The notes below the pieces were generated by a model, which was not told the origin of the DNA, did not search any database, and saw only the letters and a list, made by a program, of their open reading frames with translations. Shown one piece after another: positions 1 to 11,600 of a stretch of 64,000 nt of DNA. Where the stretch lies: the NCBI GenBank assembly GCA_024704765.1, contig JAKMXF010000305.1, positions 348,682 to 412,681 on the forward strand. The letters are read 5' to 3'. Numbering within the stretch: position 1 is the first letter of the stretch; each line of letters opens with the position of its first letter. This DNA comes from Oopsacas minuta. Its lineage: Eukaryota; Animalia; Porifera. The position numbers were made by a program, and so were the translations under genes.

Positions 1-235
1 TCAATGCCACTGTCGGCTGCCATCACTCCACCATATGGAAGTTTCTCCTAGCCCTCAAGCGTGAGCAGGGGCTAGTGGAGGTGCGGCAGACTAACTACCT
101 TGCTGGGAAGCCGCCACCAAACGGAGGAGGTCTCAGCAGAGTGAGGAAACATTGAAGACTCTAGTTGGAGAATATATCCACCAGACCATACTAAGACGAA
201 GTTCCATACAAGTGTAGACACCATCTCAGCATGAG
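1..235 (+). pseudogene. Mutator-like (MULE) transposase C-terminal relic
   Basis: Translates NATVGCHHSTIWKFLLALKREQGLVEVRQTNYLAGKPPP, then frameshifts to KRRRSQQSEETLKTLV. This is the typical MULE/FLYWCH tail (HPxIWKF..LKxEQ...L.G..P). Confidence 0.65.
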
Positions 236-404
236 AACGGATGTTAATCTTCCGTATTATCTATACCTCAAATAAATTTGATTTTGAGATAATACTTTAG
301 ATTAACATGTTAATCCGCTCCCAGACCGAAATGATGTGCTACACCTTGCAAGAACTCTTAATGTTGTTGTAGTTTACAAAAGTGGTGTAGGGATGTAGGG
401 TCTA

Positions 405-770
405 TTACCATTGTAAATGTAGAATGATATTCAAGGATTCAAAAATTATTAATGCAAATATGTCAGTTCCATAGGGTTTGGAATCCGAATAGAAACGCTA
501 TCAGAATTATTGATCAAATAATAATTTGATGTGATTAAGCTAGTTCATTGTGATAGATGTGCTTAATCGTCAGTTAAAAATTGCATTTATTAACACAATA
601 AAGATGCGATAAAAAAGCATCACTATTGCTACATGGTATATATGGTAACCAGTTAGAATTTTACGGTAATTCTATCTATTGAGCTTCACAGGTATAAGGT
701 AAGAGGTAGAAGCGAAATTGAAATTGAAAAGAGCAAAAAATGAAGGAAAAACAAACAATCTAAAATACAG
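405..770 (+). repeat. Dispersed repeat, copy 1 (direct repeat of ~19240-19630)
   Basis: Shared blocks TTGGAATCCGA..TCAGAATTATTGATC, TCTATCTATT.GAGCT.CAC and GCAAAAAATGAAGGAA. Diverged, roughly three-quarters identical by eye. Confidence 0.7.
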
Positions 771-1478
771 TAAATTGCATTAATAAAGTGGATGCTGGTA
801 ATAAGAACTCGTCGGGAGCTGGACATAATGTTCTTATATCCGACATGTCCTTATAACCAGTATGTAGCATAAAGAGGATATTGGTTATGAGGACACTTCG
901 AATAAACACATTTAGATTCAGAATATGGTAGAAAATGGTCCTCATATAGACTATATTATTCATGCCAATTCCATTGACCTACCGGTAATAAGAACAAATT
1001 TTAGTACTATTCTAACTTAGAATAGTAAGAAAATTGGTCATAGAATTCTAAAAGTGTTCATATAACTGGCATGAAGTATATTGGGGTATATGGCAACCGT
1101 TTCTTGAATAATGTTCTTGTATCCAGCATGTTCTTGTAAAGGGATATAATGGTCTAATATATGAGAAAAATCCAAGGAGTATAATACGAAAGTTTCATAA
1201 ATAAAGTCAAGGTTCTTGAAACCGACTTGTTTATATTACAAGAGTTCTTATAAGTGGCATATACTGTAGTAGAATATAACCTGTGAAATGACCAAACTAA
1301 AGTCAAGCAATCTAAGATATATGGCCCGTAGAGGCACAGCAAAATTATTCAAAATGGCACGTAGCATAGAACTTTAAGCACCCCTGACATAGATCCAGAA
1401 TATTAATTTCTGGAAGATTTAATGACCTCAAATATATACCTACAATATATTAGAAATATATTTCAAATTTTTAGAAAC

Positions 1479-1696
1479 CTCTATTTCCACGTTTTTGTCA
1501 GTTTTCTTAGTATACTTTGGAAATGTTCCAGTCTTGAGGCGTATATATAAGTCATTCCGCTTCATTTCAGGCAGAATAATCTCTGGAAACGAAAGTCTGT
1601 CACAAACAGCAGTTTGAGGTGTAAATAAATAAGAATTGGAAGATTTAACTTCTTCTAAAGTGCCATGCAAGGGCTTTAGATTAATAAAAACGCCAC
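1479..1696 (-). CDS. DOCK: DOCK exon 5 (start of DHR-1/C2 domain)
   Basis: Pyrimidine-rich TTTTAG|GT acceptor, phase 1. Peptide GVFINLKPLHG...AVCDRLSFPEIILPEMKRNDLYIRLKTGTFPKYTKKTDKNVEIE matches DOCK GLWVTLK.L.GD...GFPEII.PG..RND.Y.TL..G.F.K..K...KNVEV. The donor GAG|GTTTCT is tentative and no further exon was found inside the window. Confidence 0.85.
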
Positions 1697-2149
1697 CTAA
1701 AAGTACAAATGAAGAATCAAAATCATAAACATGAAGTCTTGATTTCCAATACTCAAATTCATTTCGATGAGATATAGCCAAAAAATATTGCGCAGTAAAG
1801 GATAATACCACATATGGGCATTATCAAGATTGCGTAATAATCACCAGAGATATCGTATGGTAATGTTTTCAAGGTATTAGAAATCTGCTAGATTATAATA
1901 TTCACAAGACTATTTGACCATAATATTAAAGATTGTCAAGTTGTGGATGAAGATCAGCAACAATGTAGTATCGATGGTCGTAACTATAACTCCCTGAAGT
2001 TCAACATTATCAAAACAAATTTTAATATTTGCATGAAAATAGCCTTAGATCCCATAGAATAAATTATGCAACCGGAAATGTATTAATTGACTATAAATAG
2101 TGCACATAAAAACGTGATCTCCAGTTGTAAGAGGAAGCAAAAGTGAAAC

Positions 2150-2930
2150 ACTGAGAAATGATGTCGAGCTAGCTTCATTGACGTCGAAGACTGGGGTTAG
2201 CTCTAAGCAAGAATATTCGGGGTAAAATATAATGCTGAATATAGTAGGTCTAGCTAAGAGTAAATGAATTGAACGAATTGATTATAGCAAAGAAAGGTAT
2301 TCGGAAGGGAATCTTCTTAAGATGGAGAAAGTACAACAGATATCAGTTATTCGTAACTCACCAGGAAATAACCTAGAAAGGAGTAAGCATGCAACGCGTT
2401 AGTCAGATTTTGAAATGTGGGCTCAGTTCTGCCATGTTTATGAATGTGGTATTGGATTATATACTGCAAGGAATGGAGAACGAGGAGTTAAAGGATAAGA
2501 GAATAACTACAAATACCCCCTTCCACACAGAAATTTCTCTACCCAATAACTCTTGACATTGATGTGGTTCATCAAGCAAAAATAGTGGCGGTGCAAAGCA
2601 GTCAAATTTGATCAATTCATTTATGAAAACTCTCATAAAGGGTGTGAAACATTCAAGATTATGTTTTGGATAATAATGCAATCGGTTAGTGGGATATTCA
2701 GAATTTGGTTGCTGATTAGAACATATACAATTCCTAGACTATCTTTCACATCAAAGGGGGTTAATAGAATCACAGATAACGTGAAGGAATGTGAAGGATC
2801 ACCAACTGGAAAAGAAAAAATTTTTTACAGTGGGTACAATTTTCGGAAAATTCTCATCAAACATAACTACCTAAGTAGAAATAAAATAATAATGGAATGT
2901 TGTGAATACAATCTTCACACTTTATAACAA
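2150..2930 (+). pseudogene. Decayed non-LTR (LINE) reverse-transcriptase fragment
   Basis: Scattered motifs FIDVE, KGIRKG and CGLSSAMFMNVVLDYILQ resemble RT FIDL.KAFD and GV.QG..LSP.LFN.V.D. Many stops and frameshifts. Confidence 0.4.
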
Positions 2931-3539
2931 GTTAGTTGTTGATTATTGGATACAAACTATAGAGTAAAAATTTACCAATTGTGAAAATATTGGAAGAGAC
3001 TCACTCTGAACGAGGCTAAGGGGTAACAAATTACGCTGATATGGATTTCGCATTTTATAGTTTCTCGTAGGGTAATCTATCGCTGATATCAAGAAGATAA
3101 AGTGAACGATTATAGAAATCTTGAAATAATCGTAGAGACGTGCACACAACGACTAAACATGGGTCATCAAGCTGATCCCGTGGGAGCATGAAGTGTTCGC
3201 TGTTCGAACGCCACGCAGCGTGAGCAAGCAAAGAATGCTTGAAATTATACAATAAATCGATATAAAAAATTAACAAAAGTGCTAAACAACAATATTTTTA
3301 GTAGCAACAAGGTTATAGATATTACAGCAAGGATAGCTAGTTTATGTCAGCAACATCTAAAGCTTGTGGGCCCGCCAAAATTTTTCTATTGGGCGCACTT
3401 TGCCGACTCCTGGTTATATTATGCAAAGTTATCTCTGATAGTTATTGACTTGAATTAAAGATTCTTTTCACCATAGCGCAATGATGGTCAGGATCAATAC
3501 CAAATTTATCAACAAATATTTACATCGTGGAGTTACAAC

Positions 3540-3995
3540 GGGGCGTTCAATAGGTTTAGGCCTAGTTCCTAAAATTCTTATCTAAATTCGTACACTATAG
3601 TTAAACTAGCAAATTATTTAGTCATAATACCTGTCTATCAAACGCTACTTAGACTTCAGAGACCGGAACGTTCCCTATTCAAATATTTCGATGCACAAGG
3701 TGCAGTTCTCCAGATTATAGTCCCAAAGGGATAAACAATTACTGCCAATGGTAAGTAGAAAACAATACCGGTAGTGAAGATCTAAGTCCCGACCAAGAGG
3801 ACTAAAGATCCTATACGATAATGCTAGACCTTAGAAAACCAAACTCATGAAACTTGGTATTACAAAGGATGAAAGAAACCGAGCTAGAACATCCGCCCTA
3901 CTCACCTGACCTTGACCCACGGGACTTTTGGCTGTTCTCAAGACTAAAGAATAACCTTGTAAGGAAACGTTTTAGAACAGGATTGAATGTAACAT
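3540..3995 (+). mobile_element. Mariner relic (5' TIR-like sequence plus catalytic C-terminus)
   Basis: TIR-like ACGGGGCGTTCAATAGG at ~3537. Later KILYDNARP...ELEHPPYSPDL.P.DFWLFSRLKNNL at ~3805-3960, truncated by the adjoining maT fragment. Confidence 0.7.
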
Positions 3996-3999
3996 GTTA

Positions 4000-4644
4000 C
4001 AAAAACTTTACATCCTAATCCAGTGATGGTATGGGCTGGAATTTAGGAAAAAGGGAAAATAAGCATGGGTTTTATGTCAGAGGGCGCAAAATTAACGCCA
4101 ATTCATACTAGAAACCGATTCTATCTAAACATGTTCTAAACACAAGTTATACCTTCATGAACGGAGAAAATTGGCTGTTTCAGCAGGACGGAGTCCCCGC
4201 TCATACATCTAAGATTAATCAGGACTGGCTTTCTAGCAACATTGCTGATTTTCTCAACAAGGATTAATGGCCCTCTTCTAGCCCAGACCTCAACCCCCTG
4301 TGACTACTATTTGTCGGGTAGAATGGAAGCAATAGTGAATAATCCCTCACATGAATCTGCTCAGGCTTTGAAAAGAGGAATTGTTCATTCATAGCATGAT
4401 TTAGAACAGGAAGAGGTAGGGCGAGCATGCAAAAAAATTCCCTGAAAGATTCAAAATGTGCGTAAAGGCCAAAGGGAAGAGATTTGAAATGAATTAAATC
4501 TCATAATTTACGATCAAGGATGTAGAAATATTCATATAGTTAGTTGATCTATATATGTACAACGATAACAGTAATGTAATAACATAAAACTTTGGTGTAT
4601 GTATTAATTGTAATTTGTTACAGAACTATTGGCTCACCATGTAA
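4000..4644 (+). mobile_element. maT/DD37D (Bmmar1-like) transposon 3' fragment
   Basis: VMVWAGI...WLFQQDGVPAHTSKINQDWL...WPSSSPDLNPLDY gives 37 residues between the second and third D after correcting one frameshift. Ends GKRFEMN* followed by a 3' TIR ...GGCTCACCATGTA. Confidence 0.8.
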
Positions 4645-4978
4645 ATGGAAGCGATTAACCAATGTATGATAAATGTAACTTCTCTTGTAAATATTCAACT
4701 TGTCGTGAAGTTCAGTGACCTTTTGTCCCTTATTATTCTGTCAAGGCGCGGACACAAGCCCACCTTCAATCGTAATAAATCAACAAAAGATTACGTTAAG
4801 CTTATTTCATTACTAATAAACTATTTCTTTGACTATCAGAATTGAGGGTTGAATTTGCCGAGTTCAGCCAAGTTTGGGTGTAAATTGAACTACAGTTTAA
4901 ATTGACTTGAATTGCAGAAAATGGTTTGTTTTTGAGGATTGTAGAGAAAAAAGTTCGTTATAGTGTTTAAACTTGCTA

Positions 4979-5791
4979 CTAGGGCGTTCAATAAGTCTTG
5001 CGGGTGATATCATAGAATATGATACAAACACTATACACACTAATTCACTATATTATTTATTAAAAGTAATCCCCTCTTCCTATATCATGTTGAATAATAC
5101 ACCCACGTCTAGTCACTAGTAATAATCTCTGTTAGGTGTCTAGAATCGCAGTTCTCATAAATTTCCAAGAGTTTCTTGGCAATATTCAGTCATGCCAACC
5201 TTTGATTCTCACTGAGCTTATGCGGGACCCATTTCCCACAAATCGATCGGTAGCCAAGGTCAGTCGTCAGAATTGTATGAATAGCTCCCGATGAAATTTC
5301 CATACTTTGTTCTAACTGATTGACAGAATGCACTTGTCTTCCATGACCATACTTTGAATGAGTGCGATATTCTCTGAAGTGGTGGCGGATACCGGTCTTC
5401 CAGATCGAGGAAAATCTGTAACATCAGCATCACCAGATCTAAAACGGGAAGCCCATCGCTCTACTGTAGATCTGGAAGGGCAATCCACGCACAATATATC
5501 CTGTAACTCGCTGAAGATCTGTACGAGCTGGATCTTTAGTATTGTGCGAAACTCTATGTAAGCTTGCCATTTGAGGTTGAAATTATCATCCTTTGAAGCC
5601 ATAAATTGAACAGTGGGTATAAATTGACTACACGTAACTATCACAAAAATTTATAATTTGTATTGAATAAGCTTGAAACTTTCAGTATATGAAGTTTAAC
5701 TATATGGGCTTATAATATATGAAAGTTAGATATATTACTTGACTAATTCCTAAGATATATCATGACACGCAAGACTTATTGAACGCTCTGA
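4979..5791 (-). mobile_element. Internally deleted mariner
   Basis: TIRs AGGGCGTTCAATAAGTCTTGCG / CGCAAGACTTATTGAACGCTCT with TA flanks. Has the HTH region (ORF 5312-5644, SRSTVERWASRFRSG...DFPRSGRP), then KWVPHKL...IITSD*TW joined directly to the C-terminal RGDYF; the catalytic core is deleted. Confidence 0.85.
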
Positions 5792-6039
5792 TAAGAATGA
5801 GATTTGATGGGTCAGTGGCTGAAAATATTGGAGGAGACTTTTAGCTACATAATGATCGACTCTTCCGCCATTTCTGGTACAACTTTCACAATTGTGATGC
5901 TAGATCAATACCCTGATGTAGAAGGATGCGCCTGGAGCAGGTGCATCTTTTAAAACTAAGCTCTCCGAGCTTCTTTCAGCAGTTATCGTAAAGTTGTTTT
6001 GAAGAGATGAACCATTCGTGAAATTTGAAACCGATCTTA

Positions 6040-8200
6040 GTGTGAACTACCAAAACTTCTGAAAAATGTTCGGAGAGCTTGGCATCTGTGTTTTCAAAGG
6101 TGCACCTTTGGTGAATGCATAGCGTTCGAAAGCCGTGCAAGGCAAGAAAACAAACCGTTTTAGCATATAAATATTTTTATATCTTTCAGTTTCATTCACT
6201 AAGTAAATTATGGCATCGACCTCAGCAATATTACCTGCTGCACATTTTTTATCATATTTACGTCCCACTTTAATGATTACAGCTACAGTTGTGGAGTTTC
6301 TTGGTCTGAAGTTGTGTTGGTTGAAGAGGATGAAGATGGATGAAGAGTTCCAGGAGTATGCAGGGCCAACTGGTTCACCCTCAGACATGGCTGGTCCTCC
6401 TTCCATGTGGAAATTGCAAAATCACTCTCACCGTTGGTACTAATGTGCAGCTGGCCAACTGGAAATTGCAATTCGCAAAGAGAAAATAGACCACTACTGT
6501 GTAGTTAAAGAATGGCCAAAAGCCATATCACACAATAGAAATATGTTAGTATTGTGACAATCACATGCACAAGTTGAGGAAGGGTAGGAGGAAAACAGAA
6601 AGGGTGCAGTGAGACCCACAGTATTTTCTGTTACCGTCCAGCTTCAACCAGTAACTACTCGTCACGATTTAACAAAAGCCTTATAGCCCAGGATGATGGT
6701 TCCAGACAATTAGATCAATTGGTGAGAGTAGGATTAAGTGTCATTCGAAATCTAGAGGTCTTCCCAAAGACCCATCCCTCGAGCTCTTGGATCATCAACG
6801 CAGAGCAACTACATGTCAACGCAAACTCCAGCCAAAGGCGGACAAAGCTCGTTGTTCCACTAATCCATCCTACAGCTACAGCTTGCAACCACGATCTACA
6901 TCCTCCATGGAAAGCCTTATGACTGTCATGAATCGGTTCATTGGTTCTGCAGTTCGACTTCCTAAGGGACTAAAAATTGCTTCGGAACGACCTGAATACA
7001 TGGCTCACTTTGTCATGAAGAACTTCAGAGAATCTGACGAAAAGATTGAGGCAGTGGAAGAGTTTTGAATGTATGAGACTGGTGAGATACCCAGGTTGAG
7101 TCGGCACTCCACTTACGGAATTCCCCGGGAAATAGGTTTGGAATTAGTCAGTCAGGACAGGAATGGCGACTGTCTGAAGATAGCGATGATGGTGGCGGTG
7201 GGCCTGTGAAAGTATTCCTAAATACGAAGGAGAAGCCACTAGTTACAAAGGAAAAAGAGAGAGGTAAATTCCTTTTTCAATCGCTGTCTCAGGCCAGTGA
7301 GGGTTGTGCTTTACTATCATGCATGTTGTATGACCTCTTCTCTGATGTTTGAGACCATAATGTAACAGTGGCATGCGACTTCAAGTGCGGCCAATTGTTA
7401 GCAGGCTGCAACATACTCTCCTGACAAGAGTCACTTTCCAAAGACTGCGGACCAAGCAGCATTGCTGCTAAAAATTATGCCTTCCAGAGCAAATCATCTC
7501 GATGGACAGGGCATCATCCTACTCTGGATCTTTGCAATAACCCTATTGAAATATTCTACATACCTGTTTTGCACATATCTACGTGTTTATTGCGCCAAGG
7601 GTTTATGCATGGGGAACTCGACTCATCTCGACCAAACAGGATGTCTGGCAATCAAGAAAAATGGATCTGCTGGTATTACTGGAGACAAATTACCAAGTAA
7701 AACCTTTGACATGCATTAGCACACTGAAAGCTGAACTGATGTTTGTCCCTAATTCGTAGGCAAGGACGTTACTAGGATTGCCAGAGTAGTCACAAATGAT
7801 AGAAATACTGTGTCTCTATGGGTTGAATCAGGCCGCTGGAATCACTCTGTTTTTGTGTTCAGAGCATGGCACTCACTTCGAACTGCTGCCCATTCCTTGC
7901 TAGCTCATTTGATGGATTGGTACTCCATGCACCGAGGAAAGGTACAGCTACTCACAGAAGAACAAATTGAGTCATGCCACAATGACTTCTCGAAGGTTCA
8001 GGCTACTCATCACAGTACTTCATTGGATGCAATAGGTCGATATAACTTAACAAGGAAAGATGGTCCGAAGAAGATGAGCGATATGCTGGCCAGACCTATG
8101 AGAGGGGCAACTACACGGGGAATTCTTACCTGGAGGATTTCGATAAATCAGGTGAAAACCTTCGAAGTGATCAGAGGAATATTTCTCCGAAAATAGTGGT
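6040..8200 (+). pseudogene. Chapaev/Transib (RAG1-core-related) DDE transposase relic
   Basis: Ordered motifs LPCGNCK (~6400), LKIAM-DGGGG-PVKVFLN (7174-7225, 1-nt deletion), VACDFKCGQLLAG (~7368), YIPVLH (~7555) and HSLLAHL..W...TEEQIESCHNDF (7890-7990). Multiple stops and frameshifts; no termini found. Confidence 0.55.
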
Positions 8201-8201
8201 A

Positions 8202-8632
8202 CAGGGGTAGGCAAACTTTTTCTGCGCGGGCCGCATTCTAATTCTAAATTATTATGCGGGCCGTATTAGCCTACGACTACGTTCCATGTTCTAATTTTCT
8301 ATAGAAACTCTACTAGCTAATTGGAACATAAACAATAATTACAGTATGCGTAACAATTAACTATTATTGTTTAATGAGAGCAATGTAGCTGATTCTTGAA
8401 ATTTTCGAAGCTGTACCAAGATACAGTACTAGTAATACAAAGTAAAAACGAATTCATTAATAAGCCAGGAAGGTATTGCGAAAGTTCACTTCGTGTCAAT
8501 TTATACATCTCCTAGAGTACTTAATTAAATTTTCATGGGACCAAATTTCCGAATGCGCAAGGAAGAATAAGACAGTGATCAAAGTGATCAAAAGGTTCAA
8601 AATCACAAGCAGGCCGTAGTTTGCCACCCCTG
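8202..8632. mobile_element. hAT (Charlie-like) MITE
   Basis: TIRs CAGGGGTAGGCAAACT / AGTTTGCCACCCCTG with subterminal GCGGGCCG motifs. The 8-bp TSD is not preserved. Confidence 0.65.
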
Positions 8633-11600
8633 GTGTAATATGAATATGTACTATTCTCATTATACCCATATAATATATAATCATAGATTCAGTAAATGGT
8701 CTCTTAATAATGAAATCAGATGTATGTCTACAATTTAGACATCAATTCCAGCTCAATTATCTGTAGCAGTTTGCTATTATAAAGCTTGCATTTTGATGAG
8801 ATTTTAGGTGATCTGGGAGAACATTTGGAGATGAATTTAGACTAGACTTCGAGATTCAATGATTTATGATGAATATTGGCGAGCTCTATAATTCTATATC
8901 CTTGAAGTGAGGTAACCTTTTGAGAATAAATTAGCATCATTGAAATTCAAGGCAAAGAAATATATGTTAGAGTATTGTAACATTTTCAAGAATTTACATA
9001 AAGGAAATTGGAATTTAGAACCCATCAAGTGCATCATAACACAATAAACATTACATTTGAAGGAGAAATCCAATCTACAAATTTTTAGGAAGTGTTTCTG
9101 AACCGTTGGGGTTAAAAGTCACAAAACAAGATGTATTCTTACCAAGATAAGCTTAACATAATTTTATCGTGTATTTTACGAATTAGAGTGGACGTGCGGG
9201 GACATTCTCCACATGTCATGTGTATTGTGATGGCAACTGTCTATGACGAGCTATATTCCATGTCATTATTAGTAATAAGGGTTCATACCTTAGTCTCAAA
9301 CATAGTTTGATTGTCAAGTTTCAAGCAAACACGCAGCATCATATTAACGAATTGCCGAAATCAGGATTAGACATATCTCAGCTCGGATAGATGTGATGTC
9401 AATTGAAGTAACTGATGTTAACCCTCTTAAGTGGACTATCCACATTGTGTATATTCACTTTGATCAATTATACATGTAGATTGACAATTTTACTGATGAG
9501 TGTGAGTATAGTATTAAATTGTATGTGTACGGATTGGTATGGGTATCACGTGCAGCTCTTCCTAAACTTAATAAACGGATACCCAATAATTCCCTATATT
9601 TAAGAGATTATTGGGCACCAGTATATTAAGTTAAGGAAAATGTATTATATACACAATTGCGTTCAGGCCATGTAAAGTAATACACTTGTATATGAACTCG
9701 GTTCGTCTCAAATTTCGTCTCAGATCTGGAAGAATGTATTTGAATTATTTACAAATACATGGGTGATTGTTAGCAAGATTGTGCAGTCCCAGGTCCGAAG
9801 AAATTTCGGATGAGAAACAAGTAATGTATTTTACATAGCCAAATTTGATGAAGGTAATTATAATATACATATTTAGATGAGAGCTCTCTAGAAAGAGCTA
9901 TTCAGCTTAGGTAAGAAGTTATAAATAAGAGGATTTATGTATATCAGCCATAGCAATGGTTATTGCTGTGAGTTTCACACATTATTAAATTCAAAATATC
10001 GACTTAATCTGAAATAGAGCAAAGTATATTGGGATATTATCTAATGGAAAAAACAATATTCGAATCTTTTGAATCAGTATCTGAAGGAAGGGAGTGTAGA
10101 AGGTCAGGTTTCCCGTCAAGTGCCTTATTTAAAGCGATAATGTAGTCAAAAGGTGCGTGACAGAGAAGGAACTCAAACAAAATAATGAGAGCTTGACAAA
10201 AATCCTGCAGAAAACATTGGAAAGTTGATGCCTCCCTCGCGAAGCAAGCAAGCAACCATATTGAGAATAAATTAATTCTAGAGGGACGATGTGACGAGAG
10301 AAATAACGAATAGCTACACTGCAGCTTCAGGATCACCACAGAAGACAATTAAATCAACTTTCCCCTATATATTCAACTCGAGGTACGTTGTGCAGATATC
10401 ACTTCGCGAAGCGACCAAAAACAGTATGAAACATTAGCCAGTGTATACTTAAGCGAAATAGAACAACGAAGCGGTGAGTATACGCTATGGAATGTACTCA
10501 AACCTATTTTAAACATGTCTGGACAGCAACTTGGGAACGATATAAAAATACATTGTGTTTCACCAATATATTTAAAAAGAGAAATTACTTGAATAAACTC
10601 ATGACCAAAAAAATTGATACTTGGTCTCATCTGGCAGATAATGTTTGGATATTTATGAAGAGAGTTCAACCATGGCCTACTATATACACTGCTAGCTAAG
10701 CAAAGAATTGCCAAAATAATTTCGGGACCATTGAATATATTCTCTTTGATTATGAAGAATTGCAATTATCATGACAAATTCTATTATAAATAGATTTCTA
10801 CATACGGTAGGGACACTTAGAATACTTTTGAACCTGCTTTTAGGGATATGTTAAACACAATGACACAATCAAATTATGGAAATTATTGCACGAAAAAATA
10901 CTAATCATCGAAAACCCACAAATCTCATGAAATGAAGCATGATTCGTATTAGCTTAGCACCAAACACAATAGAAAGATTGTATTAAATAATCAAATTAAA
11001 ATGGTTAACTATTATGACATATTGTGTGCTAGCATACTAGACTTATTGAATTTCTTCGAATTTTCTAAGATTGACTTAACGATTGTTTAAGCAAATGAAG
11101 AGCATATTTTGGTTAGTTAAACTAACATTTAACAAGTAGAGGGTATTCTGATAAAAAATAACTTCAGTTGTGAGAATTTCGGAAAAATTTGTCAAATAGT
11201 GCATAAACTTTGATTAAGTCATTATGGGTAAATAACCTGAAAAGAAGGTTCAAAAGTATTCTAGATGTCTCCGCCGTATTTCGAAACCTATGTATAGAAG
11301 AATTTATAATGATAACGCAATTCTTAATGATCCAAGAGAATACAATCAATGGCTGGGAAATGATTTTAGCAAATTCTTGCTTAGCTAGCCGTGTATAGTA
11401 GGCCATGGACAAACGGTTAAAACAAAAAAATTAATAATGTGTATGTTCAAAGTTAGATCCTTTTTGCCATAACTTATTGGATCGGATATCAAAAATACTA
11501 TCTAGTTTTCTACAAGTAAATCGCGTTATTTATGAGTTTTGAATTCTTCAAGAGTTTGGGCATTGTTTGATATAATTTGATGGAAAATTGAATGACATTT

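Noticed and set aside
3055-3276. Minus-strand ORF as the missing DOCK exon
   Set aside because: No convincing DOCK similarity, the needed phase-2 reading hits a stop, and the GAAGTGTTC..CGCAGCG motif recurs near 34830, suggesting repeat DNA.
7325-7336. TGTTGTATGAC matching a possible Ginger TIR start near 23725
   Set aside because: Only 11 bp, it lies inside the Chapaev-like coding relic, and the two are 16 kb apart with no TSD; treated as chance.
10037-10348. Minus-strand ORF with a good CTGCAG acceptor as a DOCK exon
   Set aside because: The peptide could not be aligned to the expected DOCK segment, and the region carries Helitron-like GCGAAGC motifs.
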